Counted from the stretch's first letter, positions 18,582-29,167 are shown. The stretch: DNA of 64,000 bases from Armatimonadota bacterium (GCA_031400935.1 JANNQV010000017.1:62001-126000); one strand, 5' to 3'. Notes: generated by a model from the sequence alone, not told the origin. Made by a program: numbers and translations.

Positions 18582-19281
18582 TTTCTTTAGGGTCGCCTTC
18601 TGCATGAATCAATCCCTGCTGGAGCCATAGGCAGCGGTCGGCAACTCGGAGAATATAGTCTGCATTGTGACTGACGAAGAGAATGCTCCCACCCTGAGAT
18701 CTAAATTCTGAAATTCGATCAAAGCATTTTTCTTGGAACGAATTGTCGCCGACTGCAAGCACTTCGTCCACTAACAGAATCTCCGCATCAACATGAACTG
18801 CCACTGCGAAACCAAGCCTAGCGAGCATTCCTGAAGAGTACGTTCGAACTGGCGAATCAATATGCTTTTCGAGTTCAGAAAAGGCAATGATGTCGGGCAA
18901 GCGATTCAAGACTTCCTTGCGAGTGAGCCCCAAAATCACTCCGTTGAAAGTTACGTTTTCAATTCCTGTAAGGTCGGGATGAAAGCCTGCTCCAAGCTCC
19001 AGCAGCGGGGCAATGCGTCCTCGAACATCTATCGTTCCGCTTGACGGTTTATAGACCCTTGCTAATAGAGACAGCAGTGTGCTTTTTCCAGCTCCGTTCT
19101 TCCCGACAATGGCAATTGTTTCGCCCTTTTGGAGATCAAAGGAAATTCCCTTCAATACTTCAAGTCGCTCAATTTGCCTCTTGCGCCACCAGAGCAAAGC
19201 AGATTTTAGCCCTCCAGCCCCCGAATGGCTGAGCAGAAACGACTTGCGAAGCTCTTCGACTTGGATAACGACTTCGCTCAT
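18532..19281 (-). CDS. wzt: Polysaccharide ABC exporter ATP-binding subunit
   Basis: GKNGAGKST, YSSGM, LLVDEVLAVGD; start 19281 overlaps the wzm stop. Confidence 0.9.
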   Translation of the reverse strand: MSEVVIQVEELRKSFLLSHSGAGGLKSALLWWRKRQIERLEVLKGISFDLQKGETIAIVGKNGAGKSTLLSLLARVYKPSSGTIDVRGRIAPLLELGAGFHPDLTGIENVTFNGVILGLTRKEVLNRLPDIIAFSELEKHIDSPVRTYSSGMLARLGFAVAVHVDAEILLVDEVLAVGDNSFQEKCFDRISEFRSQGGSILFVSHNADYILRVADRCLWLQQGLIHAEGDPKEIMARYESDEAAPKEAL

Positions 19282-20129
19282 GGACGCTCCACGAACCTCC
19301 ATTTGAGCCGATTGAACACAGCATATCCAATCACTAAAAGTCCAATCGAAAAGACTGCAGTTAAGCCGAGCAGTCCCCAATCAAGCGGCAAGGGATCAAT
19401 CTTCACGTTGTTCGAGATTATTGGCTGAGGATCAAGCAAGATTTTCCTGTAACTTGTACAAAGCGTTGCGACCGGATTCAAATGATACAAAACGTATTTC
19501 CAACTCGAATCTTTGAAACTAAATGCCACATTTTCACTGAAGTACATGATCGGGCAGACGAAAAAAAGCAGATACATCACTACGGTCACGATGTGCTTCA
19601 CATCTTCATAAAATGTGTTTAGAGCGGAAATAATCAGCGATATTCCCGTCGAAAGTGCCAGATGGATGAGCAAAACTATTGGCAACAACAAAGCGGTACT
19701 TGGGATAGGAAAATCCGAAGGATGTCTGAGCCAAACGTAAAATATCAAATATGCAAAGAAGACTAGCAGCGCCAAAACCAAGTGAACGAAATTGCTGAGT
19801 ACCATTGCCAACGGCAAAATTTCCCGTGGAAAGTAAATCTTCCTCACCATCGGCAGAGCAGCCAAAATTGATTGCGCCGAGTCTAATACGCACATTTGAA
19901 AAAACAGAAATGGCAGGTACGCCGCAAGCATGTATGCGCTAAGATTTTCTGTACCGTTGTTGAGGAAGTTCTTGAAAACGACGGTCATCACGAGGACCGT
20001 GATTAGTGGATTCATCAGTGACCAAAAGAAGCCTAAGAAGCTGTTTTTGTATCGAATCCGCAGTTCGCGCTCAACCATTGTAAAGAGCAATTCGCGAAAC
20101 CGCCAAAGCTCCTTCAGTTCAGCCAGCAT
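19278..20129 (-). CDS. wzm: Polysaccharide ABC exporter permease
   Basis: RYKNSFLGFFWSLMNPL, KIYFPRE, TM helices. Confidence 0.9.
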   Translation of the reverse strand: MLAELKELWRFRELLFTMVERELRIRYKNSFLGFFWSLMNPLITVLVMTVVFKNFLNNGTENLSAYMLAAYLPFLFFQMCVLDSAQSILAALPMVRKIYFPREILPLAMVLSNFVHLVLALLVFFAYLIFYVWLRHPSDFPIPSTALLLPIVLLIHLALSTGISLIISALNTFYEDVKHIVTVVMYLLFFVCPIMYFSENVAFSFKDSSWKYVLYHLNPVATLCTSYRKILLDPQPIISNNVKIDPLPLDWGLLGLTAVFSIGLLVIGYAVFNRLKWRFVERP

Positions 20130-20138
20130 CGGTTGAGT

Positions 20139-20579
20139 CTACCTTTCAGTCAATTTACGCGCCAGTGGCTTTGCCCTGACGATCTGGCGCATTTTCAGTC
20201 GAACGGTTAGGTTTGAACTAAGATTTGGGAGTACATCCTTCCCGATGAGCGCAAATCTTTCTTCCTCACGGGCCATTTGGTGCAATACGATATTCCATAG
20301 TCCTTGCGATTTCACCCTGATCGTCATCGGAATGCCCCTACGGCTTGTATCTACGAGCACATTTCCGTTTGCATCAACGACTTTGCAATCAAAAATTGCA
20401 AGGTCGCCTTCCAAAATTGTGCCGCCCTCACCAGGATTTAAGGCTTGAATCCAGCTACCAGGGGCGCGAATCATCGCGACTTCAGAGGCATCCATAAGGC
20501 CGTAGAAATCGCGAGGCATTGGCTGAAAACCCAGCGATACTAGTCCGATATTTCCTGCAAGGGCGATTAGGTAGGTCAT
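20139..20579 (-). CDS. FKBP-type PPIase-like protein (degenerate)
   Basis: GEG..EGD..DANGNVLVDTS..P..M..EEER pattern. Confidence 0.5.
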   Translation of the reverse strand: MTYLIALAGNIGLVSLGFQPMPRDFYGLMDASEVAMIRAPGSWIQALNPGEGGTILEGDLAIFDCKVVDANGNVLVDTSRRGIPMTIRVKSQGLWNIVLHQMAREEERFALIGKDVLPNLSSNLTVRLKMRQIVRAKPLARKLTER

Positions 20580-20687
20580 TTTTGGGAAGGTGTCAAGGTT
20601 TTAGGGTTTTAGGGTCTAGGGTCTAGGGTGGCGGTTATCGGTGTTGCGATTCCCATCATCTCTGCATACCAATCCTACAATGCCAGT

Positions 20688-21386
20688 CTATCCCTGAGAC
20701 GAATCGGGCCGATGAGAAGGCGCAAGGTTTGCAATTTCGCCGGTCACCATAAATGAAACTCGCTCTGCGATGTTCACAGCATGGTCTGCAATTCGTTCTA
20801 AATGATGAATTGCCAAAAGCACCCAACTGTCCGAAATCACGGCGTCTGGTTGAGCCTTCATGTGAGCGTGAATCTGTTCTCGGAGATCGCGATAAAGGTC
20901 GTCAACTTCATCATCTTTTAGAATAATCTCGTTCACAAGTGCGAGGTCGCGGCGAACAAATGCTTCGATCGAAAGCCGAATCATTATTCGGGCTAAAGAG
21001 GCAATCCGTGGAATGTCAACAATCGTCGAAGTGCCAAACTCTTTTTCAATTTTCATTCCAGCTTTGGCGATATCCACTGCAAGATCGCCAATTCTCTCGA
21101 TATCGGTAATCATTTTCATCGCCGTGCTAACTACACGAAGATCGCCAGCAGTGGGCTGCTGAAGCAACAAAAGTCTCAGGCAAAGGTTTTCGATTTCGAC
21201 GTCTCGCGCATCTATTTCATCGTCACGCACTAGTACTGCCTTAGCTTTAGCAACGTCCAGTTCGAGCAGCGATTCGACTGCCGTTGCGACCATGGATTCA
21301 GCAATTGAGGCCATCTCCAAGAGCATGTGTTCGAGTCGTTGCATTTCAACGTCGAGTGCATGTCTTGAGTGGCTTGGTGTTTCCAT
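20688..21386 (-). CDS. phoU: Phosphate signalling protein PhoU
   Basis: QQPTAGDLR, DIERIGD, LERIADHAVNIAE. Confidence 0.95.
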   Translation of the reverse strand: METPSHSRHALDVEMQRLEHMLLEMASIAESMVATAVESLLELDVAKAKAVLVRDDEIDARDVEIENLCLRLLLLQQPTAGDLRVVSTAMKMITDIERIGDLAVDIAKAGMKIEKEFGTSTIVDIPRIASLARIMIRLSIEAFVRRDLALVNEIILKDDEVDDLYRDLREQIHAHMKAQPDAVISDSWVLLAIHHLERIADHAVNIAERVSFMVTGEIANLAPSHRPDSSQG

Positions 21387-21445
21387 TGAATCTTGATTGG
21401 CATAAGTATCGTTACAAACATTAACGACAATATGTTAAGACGTTA

Positions 21446-22372
21446 TCAACATCGCGTTTGCACCGGTTCCAAGGGGAAGTTGCACGAGAACCTCAATTTC
21501 CCATTTACCGTTTCGTTTGGATAGGCATTTCGACATTCTTCCTGAACTCGTGTACAGCGAGATGCAAAATGGCAGCCAACAAGTTTTTCAAACGGATTCG
21601 GAAGCTCTCCAATGGCAGCACCTGGAATTTTTCCCAAAGTTTCCAAAGTTGGAGCAGATTCTATCAGTGCAGAAGTGTACGGATGGCGCGGATTCTGAAA
21701 CAAATCCTCGGTAGGACCGCATTCGACGATCTTTCCTAAATACATCACCGCCATTCGGTCTGCCAAATAGCGAACTGTTGTCAAATCGTGCGAAATGTAC
21801 AAGAAGCTACATCCAAGGTCGCCTTGAATCTTCTTTAGCAAATTCAAAATCTGCGCACGGATGCTCAGGTCAAGTGCCGCTGTTGGCTCGTCGCAAATGA
21901 TAAGAGGTGGGCGTAATGCAATAGCACGAGCAATCGCTACGCGCTGACGTTGCCCTCCGCTCATTTGATGGGGATATCTCGCAAGGTGCTGTTCTGAGAG
22001 TCCAACTTCATCAAACAAGGCCTCGGCATCAACCGATTGACCTTGCAACGCAGCAGGTTCCAAAGCCGAACGCTCAACTGGCCAACGTGGGTCTAAACTT
22101 GCAAACGGGTCTTGCCAGACCATTCCAACTCTTGATGCACTATCGGGGCTCGCACCGTGCACTTCGCGCCCTAAAAGAGAAATTGTGCCTCCAGCCAAAG
22201 GCTGCAACCCTAAAACAGCCCTTGCAAAAGTGGTCTTTCCGCAACCCGATTCACCGACGACAGCCACGATTTCGCCAGGTTCAACCGTAAGACTCACTCC
22301 GTCAAGCGCCCTCACTGTTCCAGCATTTGAATGAAACTCGACCGAAACGTCTTCTGCCACCAACAAGCTCAT
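21446..22372 (-). CDS. Oligopeptide/dipeptide ABC transporter ATP-binding protein
   Basis: GESGCGKT, SGGQRQR, DEPT, HPYT, C-terminal Cys cluster. Confidence 0.92.
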   Translation of the reverse strand: MSLLVAEDVSVEFHSNAGTVRALDGVSLTVEPGEIVAVVGESGCGKTTFARAVLGLQPLAGGTISLLGREVHGASPDSASRVGMVWQDPFASLDPRWPVERSALEPAALQGQSVDAEALFDEVGLSEQHLARYPHQMSGGQRQRVAIARAIALRPPLIICDEPTAALDLSIRAQILNLLKKIQGDLGCSFLYISHDLTTVRYLADRMAVMYLGKIVECGPTEDLFQNPRHPYTSALIESAPTLETLGKIPGAAIGELPNPFEKLVGCHFASRCTRVQEECRNAYPNETVNGKLRFSCNFPLEPVQTRC

Positions 22373-23232
22373 GGTTTGCTCCCGTAGCTTGCGTTCACGC
22401 CGTAAAACAATCGGTTGGATAGCTTTTCAAGAAAATCTTGTCTTTCAACACAAACCAGGCGAGTAATTAAAGGTGAAGCCTTGATTTGCACTTGATCTCC
22501 GGTTAACAAGTGTAGTTTGGTTTGCCCATCAACCGAAAGCACAGCATCGCCAACAGATTGAATTCCTAATGTGATTTCAGCTTCTGCCCTAAGGACCAAT
22601 GTTCGTGCATTCAATGTGTGCGGTGCGAGTGCCGTGAGCATCATTGCTCTCATTTTTGGGTCTACAATCGGGCCGCCAGCAGACAAATTGTATGCCGTTG
22701 AACCAGTTGGCGTCGAAATAAGAACTCCGTCCGCGGGATAGCTTGCTATCGGAAGCCCATCAATCATCACATCAAAAACCATCATTCGCGACGTAACTGC
22801 TCTTTGCAAAACGGTCTCGTTCAGCGAGTGCATCGTGGCAACAGATTTGCCATTTCGCATGAGGTCGGTTTGAAGCATCATTCGTTCTTCGATTGGTGCC
22901 TTGCCATCTAAGACCATGCTAAGGATGGCTCCAATTTCTAACGAGGTCGCTTGCGTCACGAATCCAAAGGAGCCAAAGTAAATACCGAGGACTGGAATCC
23001 CAGAAATGCAAGCGGCGTGAGCTGTTCGGATCAGGGTTCCGTCTCCCCCAAAGCTCATTGCAATATCTGAAGCTGCGATCGCCTCAACCGAGTCGCCGGG
23101 CAACCCAAATTGATCGGCCAATTCCGGTTCGACGCCGACTTCGATCCCACGTCCAACTAAGCTAGTTGCAACTTGTTGAGCGGCTTCAACCGCGTCTGAG
23201 CGACGGGGATTGACTACTAAACTGATTCGCAC
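22369..23232 (-). CDS. nadK: NAD kinase
   Basis: GGDGT, LNE, DGVLISTPTGSTAYNLSAGGP. Confidence 0.95.
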   Translation of the reverse strand: MRISLVVNPRRSDAVEAAQQVATSLVGRGIEVGVEPELADQFGLPGDSVEAIAASDIAMSFGGDGTLIRTAHAACISGIPVLGIYFGSFGFVTQATSLEIGAILSMVLDGKAPIEERMMLQTDLMRNGKSVATMHSLNETVLQRAVTSRMMVFDVMIDGLPIASYPADGVLISTPTGSTAYNLSAGGPIVDPKMRAMMLTALAPHTLNARTLVLRAEAEITLGIQSVGDAVLSVDGQTKLHLLTGDQVQIKASPLITRLVCVERQDFLEKLSNRLFYGVNASYGSKP

Positions 23233-23235
23233 TAC

Positions 23236-24696
23236 TTATTGTGACCGACCAGTGAGCCTCAGCAAATTCTTTTTCGCTTCTTCGTAATTGGGATTCACCT
23301 TAAGAGCTTGCCGAAGTACAGCGATTGCATCCTTTCTCTTGCCCATTCTTTCTAAAGTAACTGCCAAATTGTTGTACGCAGGCATTTCTTTTGGATTCGC
23401 CTTGATGGCATTTCGGAAATACGGCTCGGCTTCGGAAACTTTATGTCCCAAGAGCTTCTCCAATCCGAGTCCGTTCAGCGCGTCAGTACTGTTTGGATCG
23501 CCTTTCAAAATGATTCGAAATTGTTCTATCGCTCCGGCCTTATCGCCAGTCATCCAATAAGCGTTTGCAAGATTTGTTCGAACGTCAAGACGATTCGGCT
23601 TTGAATGTAGGAATCCTTTCCATAGAGCTATGGCTCCTGTTAGGTCATCCGTATTCAGGCAGCAGGCAGCCAAATTTAGCTTGGCTTCGAGGTTGTTTGG
23701 ATTTGCGTCATGAATCTTCTTGAATCGCTCGCCTGCTTTGGCAAAGTCTTTCTTTTCAACGTAAACTAGTCCAACGTTTAAGTCAATTGCCGGATCGTTT
23801 GGATTCAGTTCTTCGGACTTAGCGTACGCTTCTAAGGCACCGTCTAAGTTCCCGGTTTGCTTTCGAAGCACAGCGATGTTGAACCATAGGCTAGCATCTG
23901 CAACGCCTGCTTTCGCGGCATTTTCGTAAAGTTCGGTGGCTCGTCCTCGTTGGCTCGTTGAAACGTAAGCATTACCTAGGGCGATGATGATCTCGGTTGA
24001 GTTGTTACCGAGTGTTACTGCTCGCTCAAGAAATGGAATTGCTTCCACAGATTTCTTCATTCGCACGTAAGCAAAACCTGCGTTCGTCGCGAAGCTTTCA
24101 TTGTTCGTTCTGTAATCTGAAGCTTTGCCATAGTTCAATGCAGCGGAAGCGGATTCGCCAAGCCCTTCGCACGCTGAGCCAAGATTGTTGAGCGCAAATG
24201 CGTCATCCGCTCTGATTTCTAAGGACCGGGTTAAAGCAGCTTTAGCTTGAGGATATGCCTTTGAACGCAAGTGAATCGTCCCGATGTTATACCAACCCTC
24301 AAAGGATGCTGGACGTAGATCAACGAGCCGTGTGAAAATTGCCATTGCACGGTCATGATTCGTTGTCAGCATTTGTGCGCTGCCTAGGTTGACCATGATT
24401 TCAACGTCGTTTGGGCGCTTTGCATAGGCAGTTTCAAGCATCGGAACTGCATCTGCGGGCCGATCTGATCTCAAATAGAGAAATCCTAGCCAGGCGTTAG
24501 CGTCGGTATCTTGGGGGCGGGATTTTTGAAGCAATTCAAATTCTGAAACAGCTTCGGACGTTTTGCCGCTCCGATACAGTGCGACTGCAGCTTGAATATC
24601 TTGCGCAAATTTCCTGTCGGCTTCAGTTTGAGCAAATGCTCCCGAGGCTAACATGATCGCAAGGGTTACTACGCAAAAAATCTTGTTTTTCATCAT
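23236..24696 (-). CDS. Exported TPR-repeat protein
   Basis: Signal peptide (AFA-Q) from ATG 24696; repeated NLG/A..P TPR units. Confidence 0.85.
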   Translation of the reverse strand: MMKNKIFCVVTLAIMLASGAFAQTEADRKFAQDIQAAVALYRSGKTSEAVSEFELLQKSRPQDTDANAWLGFLYLRSDRPADAVPMLETAYAKRPNDVEIMVNLGSAQMLTTNHDRAMAIFTRLVDLRPASFEGWYNIGTIHLRSKAYPQAKAALTRSLEIRADDAFALNNLGSACEGLGESASAALNYGKASDYRTNNESFATNAGFAYVRMKKSVEAIPFLERAVTLGNNSTEIIIALGNAYVSTSQRGRATELYENAAKAGVADASLWFNIAVLRKQTGNLDGALEAYAKSEELNPNDPAIDLNVGLVYVEKKDFAKAGERFKKIHDANPNNLEAKLNLAACCLNTDDLTGAIALWKGFLHSKPNRLDVRTNLANAYWMTGDKAGAIEQFRIILKGDPNSTDALNGLGLEKLLGHKVSEAEPYFRNAIKANPKEMPAYNNLAVTLERMGKRKDAIAVLRQALKVNPNYEEAKKNLLRLTGRSQ

Positions 24697-24939
24697 TTGA
24701 ATTCGCTTATTCGAAAGTTCTGAGGCGTCGTATATCGGAAAGTATAACTTACACATTTTATGCCAAAAGTCGTTTTTTGGTTTTGGGTTGTTGGTTGTTA
24801 GTTATTGGTTATCGTTTTTCGGCGAACGGATTCCCCTCTCCGTGGAGGAACGAGAGGGAGAGGGGGCAAGGGGTGAGGGTTTTCGATTCGCACTATGGTT
24901 TTCGATGTTTCCGCATCCAACGTATCCCATTCATACAAT

Positions 24940-27210
24940 TCATTCCATCAAGTTTGGTATTGCATTCTCGTATGCCGTTCTCAAGGATTCGACGGATGAG
25001 CAAATTTCTATGTTCCGCCAATTGATGCTAACTTGTGTAATTTCAGATTCAATTGCACCTAAAATAGACCCATTCAAACCAGCTTCTTCGATGAGCCTAA
25101 AGACCCGATCCAGATTTGATTCGGTTACTCCAACTAAGACTCGACCCGGCAATTCGCCAAAGTAGGCCGCAATTTCAGATTCGGCGTAGTTGAATTCTGA
25201 TCCTTGGAGCACAATTGAAATTCCGGCATTAGAGGCAATCGCCACTTCAGCCGCAGCAAATGCGATGCCGCCTTCGCTGGAATCATGAGCAAACTCGATG
25301 AGCCTCGCAGAAGCAAGGTATGCAAGGAGGCTACAGAGTTTTCGTTCTCCTTCAAGATTTGGTGGAACTGGCAACCCATCTTCGATTCCACAAATTTCTG
25401 CGGCAAAATCTGATGATCCGAGCCCTTGTTGGCGAACGTCACTTAGCGGAGTAGAAATGAGAACAATTGAGGCCGAATCTGAACTGCACTTCATTGAAAC
25501 AGCATTTGAGGCATCTTCTAACACGCCTGCCATGCCAATCAGGGGAGTCGGCAAAACTTCGAGACCTAGAGCCGAATCTTCGTTGTAAAAACTTACGTTT
25601 CCGCTGATGATCGGGGTTTGCATCGCTTCTGCTGCATCCGCGATTCCCTTCACGGCTTGCTCGAACTGCCAAAAAACGTGGGGCCTTTGCGGGTTCCCAA
25701 AATTCAATCCATCTGTTGCGGCGACTGGCTTTGCTCCAACACAAGCGACGTTTCGAGCCGCTTCGCAGATCGCCAATTGCCCCCCTACATAAGGATCGAA
25801 ATACACGTATCGAGCATTGCCATCAATCTTCAACGCGATTCCTTTTTTCGTGCCGCGAGGAGCCAAAACAGCCGCGTCGCCAACTCCGCTCACGATTGCT
25901 GTTTGAGTCAAAACTTGTTGATCGTACTGCTGCCAAACATACCTTTTGCTTGCCAGGTTCGGACAAGACAAAAGTTTCAACAAGGCTTCCGTCGGGTCTG
26001 CGGTTGGCAAGCTACTTGGGTCAAATTCTTGCGCTTTCCTATAATATTCTGGGATTTCTGATGGCGGCGAATACGTTGGGCAATGATCGGTGAGAAACCT
26101 TGGATCAAGGTCAACTTCCACATTTCCAAATCGCTTGACGACTGCCCTGCAAGCCCCATGTACTTCGCCAACTTGCACGACGTGAAGTCCCCACTTTTTG
26201 AAAACGCCTTCGACTTCCCTTTCTCTTCCACGCCGGACTACGGCGAACATTCTCTCCTGGCTTTCGCTGAGCATAAGCTCGTAGGCGCTCATATCGGATT
26301 CGCGCATTGGCACTTTGTCGAGGTCAATGTGCATTCCGACATCACCCATGCTCGCCATTTCAACTGTGCTGCAAGTCAGGCCAGCTGCACCCATGTCTTG
26401 GATTGCTACTATTGCTCCAGTTGCCAGAGCTTCAAGTGTTGCTTCGATTAACTGCTTTTCTGCGAACGGGTCACCGATTTGGACATTCGGACGCTTGTCT
26501 TCGTCATCCTCTGTAAAGCCAGTACTAGCGAACGATGCGCCGTGAATTCCGTCTTTTCCAGTTGCCGAACCAAGATAATAAACTGGGTTCCCTTCGCCGC
26601 TCGCCGCGGCAGTTGTGATTTCGTCCAGATTCAAAATGCCGACGCACATTGCATTCACCAGTGGATTTCCGCTGAATCTGGAGTGAAAGGCTACTTCTCC
26701 GGCGACAGTTGGAACACCGACGCAATTTCCATATCCAGCTATTCCGGCCACTACATGGTCGAAAAGATAACGGTTTCGCTCGACTACCTCTGGAGCGGCT
26801 TCGCCGTCTCGAATCGGACCGAACCGAAGCGAATTGAGCAAGGCGATGGGCCTTGCTCCCATCGTCAGAATGTCGCGAATAATTCCGCCAACACCGGTTG
26901 CGGCACCCTGATACGGCTCAATTGCGCTTGGGTGGTTATGCGATTCCACTTTCATCGTGATGCCAAGTCCATCGCCGATGTCAATAATTCCAGCGTTTTC
27001 TAAGCCCTTTCCTTCGATGGCTTCTTTGTATTTTTTGAAGTAGGCGAGAACGGGGCGCGAGTACTTGTATCCGCAATGCTCGCTCCACATCACGCTGAAC
27101 ATGCCAAGTTCAGTCAGAGTGGGCTCGCGTTCCAAAAGCTCAAGAATTTTTGAGTATTCCCCGTCATTCAGCCCCATAGACGTGTACACTTCGGGGGTTA
27201 TTGTGGGCAT
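24940..27210 (-). CDS. purL: Phosphoribosylformylglycinamidine synthase subunit PurL
   Basis: MWSEHC, KVESHNHPS, QDMGAAG, SESQERM, SGNVSFYN; real start ATG 27210. Confidence 0.97.
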   Translation of the reverse strand: MPTITPEVYTSMGLNDGEYSKILELLEREPTLTELGMFSVMWSEHCGYKYSRPVLAYFKKYKEAIEGKGLENAGIIDIGDGLGITMKVESHNHPSAIEPYQGAATGVGGIIRDILTMGARPIALLNSLRFGPIRDGEAAPEVVERNRYLFDHVVAGIAGYGNCVGVPTVAGEVAFHSRFSGNPLVNAMCVGILNLDEITTAAASGEGNPVYYLGSATGKDGIHGASFASTGFTEDDEDKRPNVQIGDPFAEKQLIEATLEALATGAIVAIQDMGAAGLTCSTVEMASMGDVGMHIDLDKVPMRESDMSAYELMLSESQERMFAVVRRGREREVEGVFKKWGLHVVQVGEVHGACRAVVKRFGNVEVDLDPRFLTDHCPTYSPPSEIPEYYRKAQEFDPSSLPTADPTEALLKLLSCPNLASKRYVWQQYDQQVLTQTAIVSGVGDAAVLAPRGTKKGIALKIDGNARYVYFDPYVGGQLAICEAARNVACVGAKPVAATDGLNFGNPQRPHVFWQFEQAVKGIADAAEAMQTPIISGNVSFYNEDSALGLEVLPTPLIGMAGVLEDASNAVSMKCSSDSASIVLISTPLSDVRQQGLGSSDFAAEICGIEDGLPVPPNLEGERKLCSLLAYLASARLIEFAHDSSEGGIAFAAAEVAIASNAGISIVLQGSEFNYAESEIAAYFGELPGRVLVGVTESNLDRVFRLIEEAGLNGSILGAIESEITQVSINWRNIEICSSVESLRTAYENAIPNLME

Positions 27211-27640
27211 TGAGAAGATTTTACCGCTTAGCGGCGTTTGTGTCCTGGCACTTCTGTGTCTTTTCAACTGCGGCGGGCCATCGTTCAATTTCGTCGGCGA
27301 ATGGCGAGGATTCCGAGACATAAAAGCCCTTCCCGGCGAAGACCCCACAATCCTTCGCCAGTTGGCGAAACTCGACCTCACAATCAAGCCAAACGGCAAA
27401 TTTGAGCTAATAGAATCCGGGCTGCCGTACGAGGGAAACACAAGAGAACAGGGTGGGAGCATGTACCTGCGAATTCAATATGTGCTTGGGAAGTCAGTAG
27501 AATCGGAACCATCATACAAAAAAGTTGGGGAAATCGAACTCGAGCTAAAACCGCTTGAAAGCGGAAAGCTGCAATTCACTGATCCGGCTGGGTTCGACAA
27601 AAAGCCAATTGTGATGGAAAGGTTGAAGTTAGGGGAGTAG
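27203..27640 (+). CDS. Putative lipoprotein (lipocalin-like); start uncertain
   Basis: Hydrophobic stretch then LFNCGG..FVGEW; GTG 27203 overlaps the purL start. Confidence 0.6.
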   Translation: MGIEKILPLSGVCVLALLCLFNCGGPSFNFVGEWRGFRDIKALPGEDPTILRQLAKLDLTIKPNGKFELIESGLPYEGNTREQGGSMYLRIQYVLGKSVESEPSYKKVGEIELELKPLESGKLQFTDPAGFDKKPIVMERLKLGE

Positions 27641-27670
27641 GGTATGGGGTTTAGGGTTTAGGGTTTAGGA
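27631..27670 (+). repeat. Heptamer tandem repeat (TTTAGGG)n
   Basis: gggtttagggtttagggtttagg; related C-rich copies at about 27737-27765. Confidence 0.75.
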
Positions 27671-27833
27671 CCGGCCGGAAGAAAAGTCGGCCCGATTTTC
27701 GAAAAGGCCTCTATAGTTGCCCCATGACTGAGACTCAAACCCCGAACCCTGTACCCTGAGTCCTAACGAAACCGAACGATAGTAAACTCCGTATGCATCA
27801 TTGAACGTCCCCTAGACGTCAAAAGGTATTAAC

Positions 27834-28382
27834 ATGTGGATTGTCGTATTTATCGTGCTCGCGCTCATTTTAGTTTGGGCGATTGCAACTTATAACGGAC
27901 TGGTTTCCTACCGCCAGCAGACCTCAAATGCTTGGGCGCAGATTGATGTGCAGCTCAAGCGCAGATATGACCTGATTCCGAATCTGGTGGAGACGGTAAA
28001 GGGTTACATGAAGCATGAATCCGACACGCTCACTAAGGTGATCGAAGCGCGAAACATGGCGCTTCAGGCTAAAACTGTGGGTGAAAAGGGCAAAGCCGAA
28101 GCAGCAGTCGGCGCAGCTTTGACTGGCATTTTTGGGCTGACCGAAGCCTACCCCGACCTCAAAGCGAACGAAAACATGCTGTCCTTGCAAGAAGAGCTAA
28201 AGAGCACCGAGAACAAAATCTCCTTCGCCCGGCAGTATTACAACGACATGGTCACCCGCTACAACATCAAGATCGAGGCGTTCCCTTCGAGCATCTTTGC
28301 ATCCGCTGGCGGATTTAAGCCGAAAGAGCTTTTCGAGATTGAAGACGTGAGTCAGAAAGAGCCTGTGAAGGTTAGTTTTTAA
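27834..28382 (+). CDS. lemA: LemA family protein
   Basis: N-terminal TM; IDVQLKRRYDLIPNLV, EAYPDLKAN. Confidence 0.95.
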   Translation: MWIVVFIVLALILVWAIATYNGLVSYRQQTSNAWAQIDVQLKRRYDLIPNLVETVKGYMKHESDTLTKVIEARNMALQAKTVGEKGKAEAAVGAALTGIFGLTEAYPDLKANENMLSLQEELKSTENKISFARQYYNDMVTRYNIKIEAFPSSIFASAGGFKPKELFEIEDVSQKEPVKVSF

Positions 28383-28439
28383 AGACATTTTGTTACCGTT
28401 TGTTGCCATTGGTTCCGAAGTGATGGAGCGGATAGAACG

Positions 28440-28616
28440 TTGAGCGAGCCTTTGCAAAATCGCAATCGGTTCCTTGTCATAAGCTTTATCTGGTTTGTTG
28501 TTCTGCTTTCTATTCAGCTAAGAAGCTCTCGTCCACACGGCTGGTTTCTCATTGGTGCTTACGCCCTCATTTGTTTCGGGCTGTTTCTTTGGCGGCCGAA
28601 GTGGAGGAAATGGTAG
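28440..28616 (+). CDS. Small 58-aa two-TM membrane protein (not in the ORF track)
   Basis: TTG start; translates to LSEPLQNRNRFLVISFIWFVVLL..WFLIGAYALICFGLFLWRPKWRKW. Confidence 0.5.
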   Translation: MSEPLQNRNRFLVISFIWFVVLLSIQLRSSRPHGWFLIGAYALICFGLFLWRPKWRKW

Positions 28617-28619
28617 CAA

Positions 28620-29069
28620 TTGAACTCGCCAACTCCTTTCTACTCGCCACCCGAGATCCCACCTAATGATTCGGACATCAAGTGGTATCACCGACCATTA
28701 TCGAGACAGCGGATGCTCGCATTGGGTCTCTTTTGGGCTTCGATGGAACTCTCGATTGGCCCTCTTGGCTTGTATAAGGTCTTCGATGGCACAATACAGA
28801 ACAGTCTGAACTCGGACCTAGTACGCGACTATTCTGACTTCAATCCTGAATTCGCCAGAGTATCCAAAAGGAATGATATAGAAGTGCATAAGTTCCGAAA
28901 ATCTGTTCTCACTGTCACGATTTCTCTAGATACCTTAGCCTATTTGTCTTCGATTGCAGTCGTACTTTTGGACAAGAAGAACAGTTCGAGGTGCAAGAAA
29001 ATTGCCACGACTTCGTTTGCGCTAATAACACTATTGATCGTCATTAAATGGGGAGTACTGCCTTTATGA
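28620..29069 (+). CDS. Hypothetical membrane protein
   Basis: GGAGG upstream of TTG; three hydrophobic segments. Confidence 0.6.
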   Translation: MNSPTPFYSPPEIPPNDSDIKWYHRPLSRQRMLALGLFWASMELSIGPLGLYKVFDGTIQNSLNSDLVRDYSDFNPEFARVSKRNDIEVHKFRKSVLTVTISLDTLAYLSSIAVVLLDKKNSSRCKKIATTSFALITLLIVIKWGVLPL

Positions 29070-29167
29070 ACGAAATGCGAGCACCTGTAAATGGATCAAC
29101 CGGAATACATAAGTGGAAACTGGCCATTTTGGCTTGAAAAAGATTCTGCCTAGCGTATACTTAACTC

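Noticed and set aside
21390..21445. Pho box upstream of phoU
   Set aside because: TTAAC/GTAAC-like words are present but without clean 11-bp periodicity.
27211..27462. N-terminal extension of PurL in the ORF track (similar extensions on the M14, DUF262 and wzt ORFs)
   Set aside because: The extensions overlap neighbouring genes or lack family-like sequence; downstream ATGs fit the family starts or local signals better.
27631..27670. Plant-type telomere repeat TTTAGGG suggesting contamination
   Set aside because: Only about three units, between clearly bacterial genes, and part of the local heptamer family.
28440..29069. Possible TAG readthrough joining the 58-aa ORF to ORF 28620 (same frame)
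   Set aside because: The downstream ORF has its own GGAGG and an N-terminal-looking Pro-rich start; two genes is the simpler reading.
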